The notes under the pieces are model-generated. The model had not been told where the DNA came from and did no database searches. It saw only the letters and a program-made list of their open reading frames with translations. Position numbers and translations under genes: made by a program. From NCBI GenBank assembly GCA_002633005.1, contig NMRA01000339.1, positions 82,685 through 146,684 of the forward strand: DNA of 64,000 bases, given 5' to 3'. This DNA is from Phoronis australis. Taxonomy: Eukaryota; Animalia; Phoronida. Shown here in pieces: positions 12,697-25,995 of the stretch (its first letter is position 1; each line of letters opens with the position of its first letter).

Positions 12697-15600
12697 TGTT
12701 ACGGTAGTATAAACAAAAAGAACCACTTTTGAGTTATTCTGATCTAAATTAATATCTATTTACATATTTACAAACATGATAACAAGTTACGCGAAACTTG
12801 GAAAGTTGACAGGGTCGAACGTCAGCACCAGCTGCCCAAAGCTTTAAATTTACGACATCTTCAGTCTTCATCACCAAGGCCTCCTCACTCCATAAGTGCT
12901 CCAAAATAATATAGTCAAGTTCCATACACTGACAAGACGCTGCTGTCCGCCCCGTAGCAAAGGCTCGCCACATAAATAAGTAACGTTCATTATTTAGAAA
13001 GTATGAAGAAAACATAAAGTCCAGCCTCAGTGTTCAGATAAATCATGATACACGTCTGCTCACCATCGACGACCAACTAGAACTCCCCGATAAAACTCAA
13101 AACTGCCCCCTAGCGGGAATACCTAACTTGCAGCAACTATTTTTGGATTTCTAAAATATTACCACTGCTTTTGACATACCAATTAGAAACCTTCGGTTTT
13201 AGTTATAAATTCATACAAATCTGTTGTGCACATTACTATATGTGTGCACAGCTTTTATGTTGTTTCAACAAAGAGGCAGTCTACTTAATCTTGTAACTAA
13301 GGGCACTTGTTTCTGACATGAATTTGTCGTCAAAGCTGAAATAATCGATTTCGACAAGTAAAATAACTGGCCTTGGCAAAGATGCAGATTTCAGCTTAAC
13401 AACCCCCCAAGTTTCAAGGGAGGGTCACTATAACTACGTTGAACATGGTTGCCTGTTTTTAACATAACTTTGCATTCAAAGCTGAAAATACTTATTTTGA
13501 CTGGCCAAATACCTGGTTATCAAGCGAGGGTTACTATAATTAGTACCTTGATCACGATTGTCTGTTTCTAACATCTTATTGACTTTGCCAACAAACCTAG
13601 AATAGAGCCGTCCCGGGCCCGGATTACACGGCGATAGAACTCTCCTTTATCCTGGAGGTAAGAAAGCGTGTGGCCCCGTTTTGGAAACCAGGCACATTTT
13701 CGAGCGCCTCATATCTGATGTCGAGAAGGCGAAGAATTTCAAATCACGTCCTCTGGTATTTGTCCTGTTTATCAAACTTTCTCACTTCGGAGTTACAGCA
13801 CACAGCACAGCATTAATACTTCGTTGGCATAGCAAGGAGGGATAGAGTAATTCAACCGGGAAAAACTTGTAAAGAATCAACAATAACAAAACCGTGAAAA
13901 TCCAGTGGTATGAAAACGAGGCAGCAAATGTGCCTGACGGATGTTTCCGGCATTGTGGGTAAATACAGCGAGATTCGAGTGTCCGATGTGATCCGGGACG
14001 GCCCCATTGCTGATTATGGCCAGCTAATTATTACGATATATTGTTTTCTTGTTTTTTGTGACTGTATTAAAATAAAATACACCACGCAATATCCCAAGGG
14101 TCTACTTCATTAAAATATCGTATTTTAAATATCTTAACTGACACTGCCTCAGCTAAGACTTACGTTAATAAACGCTTTCGGTTTAGACTATGGTGAAAAT
14201 GTAAAGTTACGACATTTTAGATCCCGGATGAATTTTCGACGTTTCGGTTGTCGGTGTCCGCCCTGTCATCAGCAAGAGTAAGTTGCATAGTTTGGAATAC
14301 AGCCTCCACTTGCTTAAAGATATCTCAAACCTTATTCACAAAAATTGGCCATTTTTACAATATTTCACATATGTCTATCGAAATACCTTAGCTTCATTCT
14401 CCGGGAACGTCAAATACGGCATTTATATCATGTTGCCTGAAAAAAAGAAGATTTTGCAGAACCAACTTAGAACCGCGTAACCGCGTGGATTTTTGTTTAA
14501 TAGTTATCCGGGGTCACAGGTTACAGGGCTGTCATTCAAATCGAATCTCCCGCCAAGTACAGAGCATCTTCGTTTGTACCCTCACTCCTTACATTCACCA
14601 AGTCGCCATAACATTGAGTCAACGATCTGTACATGTGATACTATAGTGCCGGGGAAAACAAAGACAAAACATTGTCTTGATATCCTGATGAAGTTAAGAG
14701 TCCGCATGTATACGACCGCTGAGAACGAATACATCGAGTCGCCTCACGCCTCTGTGCGGACATTGTGTTCACGAACACAGAAAGTTGTGAAAAGTGATAA
14801 ATCCTCAAAGAAATTCCCTAATTCGATAGGTAAATTGACATTTCGCTTTGCATGAGTACACCAGTCATATCATCTCTGTAAATAATGAAGTCCTCTATTT
14901 TCCACATTTGTTTTTCGTACAAACGCCTTTTCACGTTCCTATTGGAAACAATTGCGTCTTCTTTGGATAAAAATGTGGTTATGTCTCAGAGCTGTCCGAA
15001 CGTCCAACACGTAGAGACACTAGATGGTCCACTAAAATCTGTTGTTGGATCGACAATTACTGAGTGATTTTGGGAAACTATTTTGCAGGTAAAAAACTTT
15101 TATGTGCATGGAGACTACCACAGTCAATCTAATTTTATTGCCTTGTTTTATACATTTTACTGTAAAGTCTGTTACTATTGAAGTGGTCAATAGTTACCCT
15201 ATACGCTTATCTTATAGTAAGAACCAATGTATACTTAAAGTGGTATTCGGCGAGAAATATGTGTTTATGAGATCATCCCCAACGCAGAAACAACCTGAAA
15301 CTAGCACTGATCGCAGCCAAAAGCCCTGATGGCGGACGTGAAATCCTTCCAGGAAACTGTGTAGTATTTAAGCGTCAGCGGCAAAGTATGTTAAGCGTAT
15401 TTACACTCTAAGTCAACAGCCTTGATTTCAGTATCTGGCAGACAACAGCGAGAATTGGCGATTTATAGCAAAGTCGAAATTTATTGATTTATTGCTCTGA
15501 TCATCGATGCTAGTAAACTCAAAAGGGTCCCTCCTATTCAATCATAATCAGAAAAATGCGTTTCAGCATGTTTGAATATCATTTTTTTCAATTTAGTATG

Positions 15601-18255
15601 CGAACCCTAGCGGAGGATTTGAACACTATGCATGATCCGAGATATAAAAAAGGAACACAAATTGACACTTGACACTTCTCTGCCTGTCCGAGCCCCTAGC
15701 CTTATGGTCAATCCACCAACTTGTCCGCCATCTGATTAACGTTAATTCGAGTAAACTTTGTTTGAGACCGCTTCTGAATGCAAATGTCGTATTAGTCACG
15801 GAAATTTCAAAATATCTAAGATGAACGTCATGGAAATATCGAAGTATATAAGTTAAACGTAAGTTTACGTTCGTCGTTTCAGTCTAGGCAAATATTACTT
15901 TTGCAACCGGAGAAAAATCAAGAACAGGTGCACAAACCTGCATATTTTAGAAAGTTAAATGAGGATATTAAAAAGTGTCTGTGTTATCAGAAAGTAATGG
16001 AAAACGAAAATCGAACTGCATAACAGAACAAAACAAGAGGAAACATGAAAATGAGACAAATACCAGAGATGAAAAATTTGACACAGATAACTCGAAGAAG
16101 ACTTTGTGGTACATGTATAATCGCTGATTGGACCCCAAAAGAATGTGTCTTAGAGCAAGATGACTGGGTGTATAATGATACTGTTTTAGCTAATTATGTG
16201 AAGACACCAACCCAGTTAAAGTGGGTTCTAAACTCGCCTTCCGTCAAACAGCTTTCTTGAAAACTAATCTCCGTTGAAAAACTTTTCTGATATTGTGTTT
16301 GAATCGGTCTGCATGTATAACAATTTGTGAATCAGCAGTGAACAAAAAACATTGAACATTAACAATATTAATTTCTACGATGGACATAATTACTCATTGA
16401 AGTGAAGTACATGATACATAAACAATAAATTAAAATACTTCTGGAAATCCACTGAAATATTTCTGAAAACGCTGCTGATCAATCCGCGGAAATCAATCGC
16501 GAATCTCTAGTAAGAACCAAGCAGCTCCCCAACGATGGGAGAAACACTTCAATTTGTTTCCAGATGTAAATTTATAATAGCAATTCATGATATGTCCATT
16601 GATATGAAATTCCGTTGGATCGAAACATTCTTGCTTGGGAGTACATGTAGGCCTATCAGCATTCTTAACGTGGAATTCAAATTTGAACCAGCATTTAGGT
16701 CTACTGTCTGTTCTGTCACATTGCTCTTCGAATTTAAGATATCTTATTGCTACATGTACATGCAGGTCTATATTTACATGGGGTAATTTTAAATATCCGT
16801 TGCAGAGTAGACCATTCTATTTTAAAATGATAGCGAAACCAAAATATTTCCTAATTATGTATTCAGAAGTCACATTCGCATGCTGTCACGCGATGAGTAA
16901 CTGTGAAATCGATGGCGCGACTCCATAAGTTGTTTTGTTGCAATGGCCGACGGGGGCATTGTTTGGTGCTGATCGAAGCCCAGGTAAAAAAATAGGTGAG
17001 AAAAAAGAGACGATGAATATAAGAACATTAGAGGAATAACATCTCCCGAATAAACATTTGAGAACAAAATCAAAATGAGTTGAACACTTCAAAAATGTGC
17101 AGTTATGGTGAACAGATAGACGTGTTTGCATTCTTCTCTCGTCTTCCAGAAATACCTTGAAATTCGTAGCTACTTTTGATTGATTTTAAGCGTAAATCAA
17201 AGCTTGATTTCCGAAATCTTATAATAGTTGCAGTCTCTGTAGCCCACATTAAGTATTAAAATTCTGCAAATGACTTTGGCCAATCGGCGGCATAATTATA
17301 CAAAACTTAAATGGACAAAACTTCTTTAATCCATTTTTGTCATGCTTCATAGTCGCCATTACACCACTATAATTAATACCCGTTGCTCGCCCGGTCTGGG
17401 ACAATTCACGAATGCATGTACGTGTTTTTACCAGAGTAAGAGACAGTCACTTTTCTATCCCTTTATCGCGAACGTGTACAATATTTTTAACCTTTTATCG
17501 GTCCGAAAGCTCTACTTCAGTGCTCGTTATCATCTGTGCACTGAATCAGTTTATAAAACAAAAGGAATTCAGACAATTGCACATATATTTTGAGGAAATG
17601 AAGCTCATAAAGGAAGCGTCGAATTTTGTCTTTGGCGTAGCCATTTTTGTGACGTCAAAAGTGTGGTTCATCATCACTCCCTCTCAATAAAGTCCATGTA
17701 CCGTATAATCGCGAAAACAGCAATCACATCAGCGGTCCCTAAAATGGATTCGCTTGATAATTCCATGCCTTTCTGACTATTATTCTTCGTCGCAGAGGAC
17801 CTGAAATATGGCTGCGTTCCGTAGACATTTTTTTGTGAGAAAAACGGTTAAGCAAGACTTCGCGAGATATCACCATACAAGTCATGTATTGCCCAAGTGA
17901 CCGTACTAGTTTTACTCGCAACTTGCGTCTGCAGAACGCTTCAGTTAGTCACATACAGGGGTACCGGATTTTTGAGAACCAATTTGATGCCCGTTATGCA
18001 GTAAACGTGAAGGTGGTTCTCAAAATCTATAAGCCCTATTACGTTTTATTTTTCCGTTCGTAGTAATGATTTCCGTCATGAAATTTTTACAAGGTTAGCA
18101 GAATACACGAGGGTACATTAATGTCAGCCAGTATTTTCATTCATAACCCACACTTTCACGTGGCAGACTCCACTATTGTTTTACCATTATGACCGTGTTC
18201 ACAGTTATCGTTATTTGTCTTCCAATGAAAAACAGTTCAACCGTGTGCCCATTAT

Positions 18256-18274
18256 CCAATCACATCAAGCCACG
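18256..18274 (+). promoter_or_regulatory. Exact ERSE consensus (CCAAT-N9-CCACG)
   Basis: CCAAT CACATCAAG CCACG, followed by CCACGTGAC at 18278. Motif match only. Confidence 0.35.
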
Positions 18275-21200
18275 TAACCACGTGACCATTCTGCATGGTG
18301 GTTTGCATAGTAGACATATCATCCATATGGCTTAGTTTCGTCTCAAGCATCAGGTAAGATTGATCGCTTGCACAATTCCTGCGTTTTATCAGCTGCTGCG
18401 CTTCAAAATTAGCAACCGATTCCTTTCTCCGTTTATTTTATGTGAATTCATCAACGAAATTGCGGTTTGGCAAGGTGTTTCCTAAATCAATGGTTGCACT
18501 GGGCACACGTGTTGCATTGATGTGTTTCAGGTCTTACAATTATACGAATACGAGAGTGAGTGATCTAGAGGTAAAATGCTAATGTTTGTTTGCTAATTGA
18601 CTTAATGTGACAACTTATGTAAAAACAGCTGCGCCCAACCGCATTTGTTGCTAACAAATATGGTAATGGCTTATACCTTTGTAATCGTACGTACAAATGC
18701 AAGCGTGCATTTCAGATTGGATTAGAATAGTCGCGACAAGTTTATATCGCGATCTACAGATATTGTTTTGTCGATCAGGTAAATAATTCATTCTTTAATT
18801 GTGATGTTTTTATGTTCTCGCGAATTCGGCCTGGCAATACTTTGCAAGGATACTTGATTTCGTTCGTGGTAACATCCTGTTTTCTGTAAATATGGCTGAT
18901 AAGAGTAATTCGTCTGCGACATTGTCTTCTGCTTAACATTTTAATACACAATCTCTCAAATCAGCTTTATAATTATGGATCCGCTAAAGACAAACAACAG
19001 AATAGTTTCCTAAGAGCATGAAAAAGATATATGAAACGATGATTACGTTTCGAAACTAGACATGTCTCATATTCAGGCAGAAATAAAATGAGCCTAGGCA
19101 TTAGTTTGCACCTAGTGTGTGTATGACGTTTTGGTGACACGTTGTTGTTTCTGAAAATCGACAAATATATTGCAAGTTTGAGAGTGTCCATAACTGTGAA
19201 CAGATAACACCGTGTCTTCTACCGATTTTGTGTTTAAGACTGGTTGTACATGTGCAGTGCACTGAATCAACTATTTTAGAATAAAACACACCAATGTTCT
19301 CTTTATATCTCACCTTGACTAATAATTAACATATACTTCATCAAAGTGCAGGAGTTTTTTCCAAGAGTTACTGCCGAAATTGTTGGTTCCGTTCTTATTG
19401 CACGCACCTACATGTATAGCTAGTCAACCGCATCTGTCTCAGCACTGTATCTGTGGTCTATTTAAGTAAAGTACAGTGCCTGCGTGTACTACCATCATGA
19501 CGAATTTTTTTGTTCACCTTTGTCAGGTGCTTGCAGATGCTGTTGCCAAAAGTTAAGCATTTACTAAAATGGTATTTTCTAAATTAAATACCAATCACAC
19601 GTACCACTACTGTAGCTGCTGCTGCTGCTGCTACTTGCTGCTGCTGTATAATAGTCGACTATTGTTAGTCCACTACTGTTACTATTCACAATAATAGTTA
19701 AAGTAGGCCTAAGTAGTAATAGTAGTAGTGGTAATCATAATGGTTAAGGCCAAACTCTGTCGAATTACGTTTCATTTTCGCTCAGATTCAGTTAATGTAC
19801 ACAAGAACACACTCTGTTTGCGCAGCCGGGAATGCTGGTTTATTCAGCCACGACGCAAACCATACTCAAGCATATGGTGAGGGAAAATCACCTTTAATAA
19901 GGATTAATAACCGCTTTGTTTAAAACGAGAAGATAAACTATCACATAAACAGGCCCAGTTTAGCCAACAACTACGTCTGGCAACAGTCTCCGTCATAAAA
20001 CGTTTAAAATTAATAGCATTGAAAGGTCACCCGAACGCTACGTGTATACGAGAGTTTTTCCGATAATAGTATAGCACAAGTATCGAATGCGTGTCATTGA
20101 AACCTTATGAATTATTTCTATTGGCATTTCAGATAGTTAATGTTACTCTGTTATATTGTCATATGGGTACGGAGGCTTTGTCTCAGTCTGTATCAGTATT
20201 TTCTAAATTACTGTATGATTTGTATTCACCTTTGGTAAAGGTATCAACAGAAGTTTAATTTAACAGCAGCAAACAAATAAGAACTGTTCTCCATACGAAC
20301 ACAGATTGAAAATTATTGTCGAAGTAAAACGCATCATTATCCTGGGTCGTAAACGATGATCAACAAAACCCTTTACAATAGCATCCGTATTCACTGGCGC
20401 AGGAGAAAATAGAAATAAAAATAGACTAATTTTCTTGTGATGGTATGGTTTGAGATATTCTACAGAACACTAGCGACACCACCTGGCACTAGTTTAACGG
20501 AGGCGTTAGCTTAACGATAAACATTCCAAACTATTAATTGTCATCATTTCATTTTATAACAATGAGCGGCCAATTTAACATACAAAGCATTAGGAAGTTT
20601 GAATGGCATAAAGCCCAGTTTCGTATCATAACGGTGTTACCGTACGTACCAACAAACGTGCAACATGAGGCAATTGCTACACACTGTGCGCTGCGAGAAG
20701 CGGAATCAAATATCGAGTAACGTGTGGTGGAATGGGGTCCGTTACCCTTTGCAGAAATGCTAGAAGAAGGGATTTTAAAACAAAGTAGCAAATTGTGGAC
20801 ATTTGCCTTGAGAGTTTATTGAGATGGAGTATCATAATCTTTATAATAGCGCTTTACGCTTTCAATGTAGACGCGCAGCGCCCTTCTACACACGGCTTTG
20901 ATGATTGAGTGCATCTTTCACTGATGTCCGGCATAGTTAGCTCTAGTGTACGTTCCGTAAGCCAAGTTTCTATCGAGAAAACAGAAATCACGCAAGACAA
21001 CGCAACATTATGCAAGTGGTACGCGAGTGTTTCGCTACTTTCCTCGCAGCGCCCTCTGGAGGTGTCAACTAGGCATTTGGCTGAACTGCAGTGTGTGAAA
21101 TTGGAACCCTGCTTATATTCTTTGGGCAATCTGGTGAATTTTTTGGTCCAGTGAAAAGAGTTTTTGTAATTATTGGCCTCATGATCACCCATTTTTTCCT

Positions 21201-22052
21201 TTACCGCAACTTGTGTCAAACAGTCGGAGGAATATGTGGATGGTTAAATCAATTGTTATTTAGTAAATAAGATCGCCAACAGTTGAAAAGAAATTGAATA
21301 TGTAACATGCAATTTGATTTAGTGCTGTGAAAATTATAATCAACGTGAACGTGAGTATTTTAGTGAACTATAGTCAAGTTTCCTCATGCATTTCAATTTC
21401 AGGGATACTCGAACTTGAGATTAAGCAAGGTTTCAAGTTCACGCACAGCAGAACTAAGGCATCATGAATAATGCTCTTGTTGTGTGTTTCGTGAGTATGC
21501 GAGACCTTATATACTGACGTCACAAAGCAAAATGCGACCAGGTGAAGTGATTGGAATGTTAAATGACCGCCTAGAATTCATAAATTATGAGATAGAATTA
21601 CTAAAGTCTGTTCCACAAGCTAAGCTTTCTTGCCCGTAAGCCCATGCCAATGTCTCTGGCTTACGGAACCCAGCAAAGGTCGGAACGACCTGCATAACGC
21701 AGAAATTCTAACGTGTCACTCCCGCATGCTCGACCAGTATGCGGCCCGTTCTAATACATGTAGTTTTACACGTATCAGCTGCTTCGTCGAAGTGTTTTGT
21801 TGAATTGAGGACAAATAATAAGAGCAACGGCTTCCTTACATGAGCCTACATGTACTTAGGCTTCCGCGAAGTGCTCATGCTGGTAACTGTGTGTCAGACC
21901 CTCCTGTACAGATCGGTATGAACGATTGGTTGAGTGTGAACAGCTTTCAACTTGCATGTATTTTCCAAAAATACTTAAGATGTGAATCTTAAACTTTGAG
22001 TTTTAGTCTTCAGAAGACGGCGACGATTTTTTAGTGGTCGAATCCGGCTATT

Positions 22053-22355
22053 AAGCTGTTTTTCGCCCTGTTTAGCCTGCTAAAAACGAAAATCTCGTAA
22101 AATCGGTCTAATGGATACCGTGTACATTTCCGTTAGCAACTCATGCCATCGGTACTAAATGCGCACATACGCCATTTTCGAATTCACAAATATAACTGAG
22201 GCCGGTCAAACCAATGGAATTTAAAACGTTTTCTTGAGTCGCTGACGGTTTCCATGTTCTTGTATGGATGTAGATTTATGACACCGATTTTATGAGACTA
22301 AAAGGCCTAATACGATTTTCGTTTCTAGCCAGCTAAATGGGGCGAAATGCAGCTT
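22053..22355. mobile_element. About 300-bp foldback/MITE-like inverted repeat
   Basis: AAGCTG..TTTCGCCC..TTTAGC..GCTA.AAACGAAAATC at the left is mirrored in reverse complement at about 22313-22355. Confidence 0.65.
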
Positions 22356-25300
22356 CGAATTACAAATACAGTGAGCAGATATCAGACGGGCCACGTATTT
22401 CTGTAACATCCGTTTTCTCAGTCATATAAACTCAATGTAGTCCTATCTGAGAGTACCCTCATTCAAATTAAAACGCTTCATAGTCACCATTTTGAAATTT
22501 ACGTGAAACGTCAATCAAGTGTACATTGCTTACGATAATGCATAAAATATACCAATTAATAGACGGCAATCGACACAGCGATGACTCTGTTTAAGGAAAG
22601 TATATAATGCATGGCCAGGCATTGAAACAGTACGGAGATAAAATACTGGAGAGAACATACGGAAAATTTAGTATCAATCAAACCCTGTGCGCAGATGACG
22701 ATGATGACGCCAGACGACGACGACGATGCTGATAATGCATTTGCAACACATTTTGTAGAAGTACTACTGTCTTTGCCCGTTTTTTCAAAATTAAAAGCTG
22801 ACAAAATATCTGAAAGAAATAGTCAGTTGCATATGACTATAAAAACTCACATGTTTCAGATTTCGTGGAAGCTGTGCAGCCAATAAACAAGTTGTTTAAA
22901 ATAAAAAGCACGCTCCGTGAATAAGTAATGATATTGTTTTGAAAATTCTAATGGAAGCTTTCATTGTTTGCCTTCTTCACTAATTCTGTGGAAAATCTGC
23001 TTGGACTTCTATTTCGGCTTGTCTGTACAGGTAAATGAATGTTTCTTCCGCCATTAAGGTTCCCGTTATCATCGTATGACGATGAGTGTGACCGTGGGTA
23101 TGGTTGTAATAATTACCGAATACATATTTTAAATTTTGCTTAAGCAGTCTGTCACGTACTATTCCCATAAAAGCCCAATATGCATTCGACTATCACATGA
23201 ATTAACAAATAAAGAGATATTTTATTGTATTGAAGCCATGTCAACTGTGAAGCCGTCGACGCTCCAAAAGCAATTAGGAAATTTGCACTAGTCATGAAGC
23301 AAATACACTATTAACATGAATATGAAATTAATTAATTCACGAAGCGAATGATATTAACAGGTCAACTTTTAGCAATGTAAGCATCGTCTGACTAAACAGT
23401 TACTGAGGCTGGTATACATGTACATGTACATGTATGTAGGTTCCAGTCGCAAAGTACAATGTCCAAAAACGTTCTGACGCTATGCTTCGTACGAGTCTGT
23501 TCTCCAAAATGCTGTTTGGGATTTTTTGAAATTGATCCACCTTTGCAAGAGGGGCTGTCAAAATAGGATTTTCTGTGATTTTTATGAAATAAAATTGTGT
23601 GCTTTTAAAGCACACAAGTTGAATATTTTATGAAACTATAATGCCAATAAAGAGTCTAAGGTACAACACGTTGTTGTTGATTTGCACTGCGGCTGGCACA
23701 AAGCCTGTTGAAATATTGTATATAGTCTGAAATTTTGTTACAGGTTGTCTATCAAGACACATTTCTCCTACACTCTTCCCCAGAGCAACGAAAAGCCAAT
23801 ATAGGTGGCGCTGTGACGAAGGGCACATTTCTTCCACCGAAAATTGATCTTTTTAAAACAGTCGGTCAGTGACGTCACTACAAGTGCGATAAATGACTGA
23901 AATCACAATATCATGAGCGCTGTCAAAAATGCAGTATTTATTAAAAACTTTTAATGGATAGCCCGTTGGTGAAAACCATGGTGCTAAATGTTGCCCTCAA
24001 CTGACAAAGGCAGCAATCGTTCCTTCTTTTAACACCTTGTCTGTAAATGGTATACCGGTACTTATTTCCCTAAATACCACACGTCAGTCACCAGACGACA
24101 GCACTGGCTCGTCCGCAAGTCCATTCAACAAGAACGCCCGCCTTCCCACATGCTGCTTAGTGGAAATCGACGACATGTAATGAGCTATTCAAAAATAGTT
24201 TGGCAAAGAACCGTCTTAAAGGGACCATAGGTTTTACAGTATGTTCGTAAAACTCGTTTCTTTTTATCGTAGAACGGAGTAGACTCCTAGAAGTTATTAC
24301 CATTGACCGGAGCTATAAACAACAAAACCCACATTTTGTTTTTTGGGGGGAATATAATACAAATTGCCAATTTCCTTCGATGTCTGCCAAACATTCGCTG
24401 ACAATGAATGCCTGTGACTTAACTTGTGACTTATCAAATTAATACGCTTAATAAAAATACTCTTTGAACGGAGAGCATTTGACTGGGTGGTGGGTTGCAG
24501 GTTCGATTACGCGCTATGACAGATCTCAGCAAATCAAATCACTTTTGTTTAGGATAATGTATCTATAAATGGAGATTAGAAGCTTTTAAAACTTTTGGTA
24601 CAATGTTGTGGTGAATGAGTCATTAAACACGTGTTGGAGTGTTCATTGTGAAAATGGCGCTCAAGTGGATGCAACGATGAACACTGGAATAATTTACTAC
24701 TAGGACTTTCCCAAGTGGAGAGTCATATCGAAATTTGATATTGGTTTTGAAAAACAATGCCATGCTTAAGTACTGCAGCAACTGAAGAAAAATTGCAACT
24801 AGTTATGTCACGGTTTCGCAATTCACAAGTAAAAAAACAAGACCAGCGACTGCAGTTTAATCGTTTTCATCGTACATGTACATGTATATCAACGATTCAG
24901 CCACACTTCAAAAACTCTTATAAAAGTCTGACTCAAACCATGAGGTCACCAGAGAGTTTGTTTATCAATGACTAGGCAACAAATAGCTTAAAGTAGACGT
25001 CACAATGGACATTAGAATATGAATAGTGACTCGCGCTAACGGGCGACAGCCTGTCCCGCCACAAGTAAATCATTTTTACAAATCGATTTTCTCCCTCAAA
25101 TGAACTTTTCAAGCACGCAGTTTTTTTTTTCTACATTTGAAATTTCGTATTGTATTTGTTCTCCTAAAAATCATGTTGCGAAGGCGGTTGGGGAGTCACT
25201 GCGACTGTTGTCTGGGAAAATTCCGACCCAGAAACCCCCCCCCCGAAAATCTCGATTATCCGATACATTTCCATGTGAGGGTAGCAGTCAAATTGAAACC

Positions 25301-25834
25301 CAGTTATCAGAATCAGAAGTGTATAGGCGTTGATATCAAAATACTTTTGCATTCACAACTTTACAATGATAAAATTTCAGCTCTTATCACTAACGTTCAT
25401 GAACTGTATAGCTCCAGGCTTTTTGGTTCACAAAGGTCATGATTTTGAAATGATCTAACTACTCTTGCATCATCTGTCATATTCGCCAACGAATTTGTGC
25501 GCACATCACCAATTACAGGGCAGTGGCACATAAAATGAACCTCATATTAAAAAATTTCCCGGATTTCATATTCCACAAATTCTCTCATCCTCGGTTATAC
25601 ATGTACCTGCGTGTCGCCCTGTTTCAATGTAAAGCCTGCGTATTGAGAACCTAAAACGAGCAGTTACCAGTTATCCATGCATATTATTGCGTCATGAACA
25701 AACTAGGCTATTCAGGGAAACTGTGTATTTGTTAAATATATGGTTAATAAACGAGTTATCATAACAAGTGTTCCTTGTTATGTACTCATTTCCTTCCGGC
25801 ATCTGCGTAAAAATACCATAACAAGACGTGCGTT

Positions 25835-25995
25835 CAGTAACGCCAAAGATATAAAATCTTTGGTAACGCTAGGGACCTACGCTTGTACCTAGCTAAATTT
25901 TAGCCAAAGTCATATGTTCTCATTTAAAATACACATATCACGCAATCTCTCGAGGTCTTGCTTTTTAGCGAGTTCCTAGCGTTACTGAGCAGGAG
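25835..25995. repeat. Dispersed palindromic repeat (CAGTAACGCTAGGACC...GGTCCTAGCGTTACTGAG); other copies near 26945-27090, 48408-48448 and 17851-17873
   Basis: About 55-bp near-identity between 25940-25996 and 27027-27085; reverse-complement match near 48410. Confidence 0.75.

Noticed and set aside
12749-13015. 88-aa - strand ORF as a LINE tail or gene exon
   Set aside because: Only a vague resemblance; no diagnostic motif.
20854-21219. 121-aa - strand ORF; also 14493-14855 (+, 120 aa), 32373-32705 and 63487-63849
   Set aside because: No recognisable domain and no phase-consistent neighbouring exons; lengths are within chance expectation.
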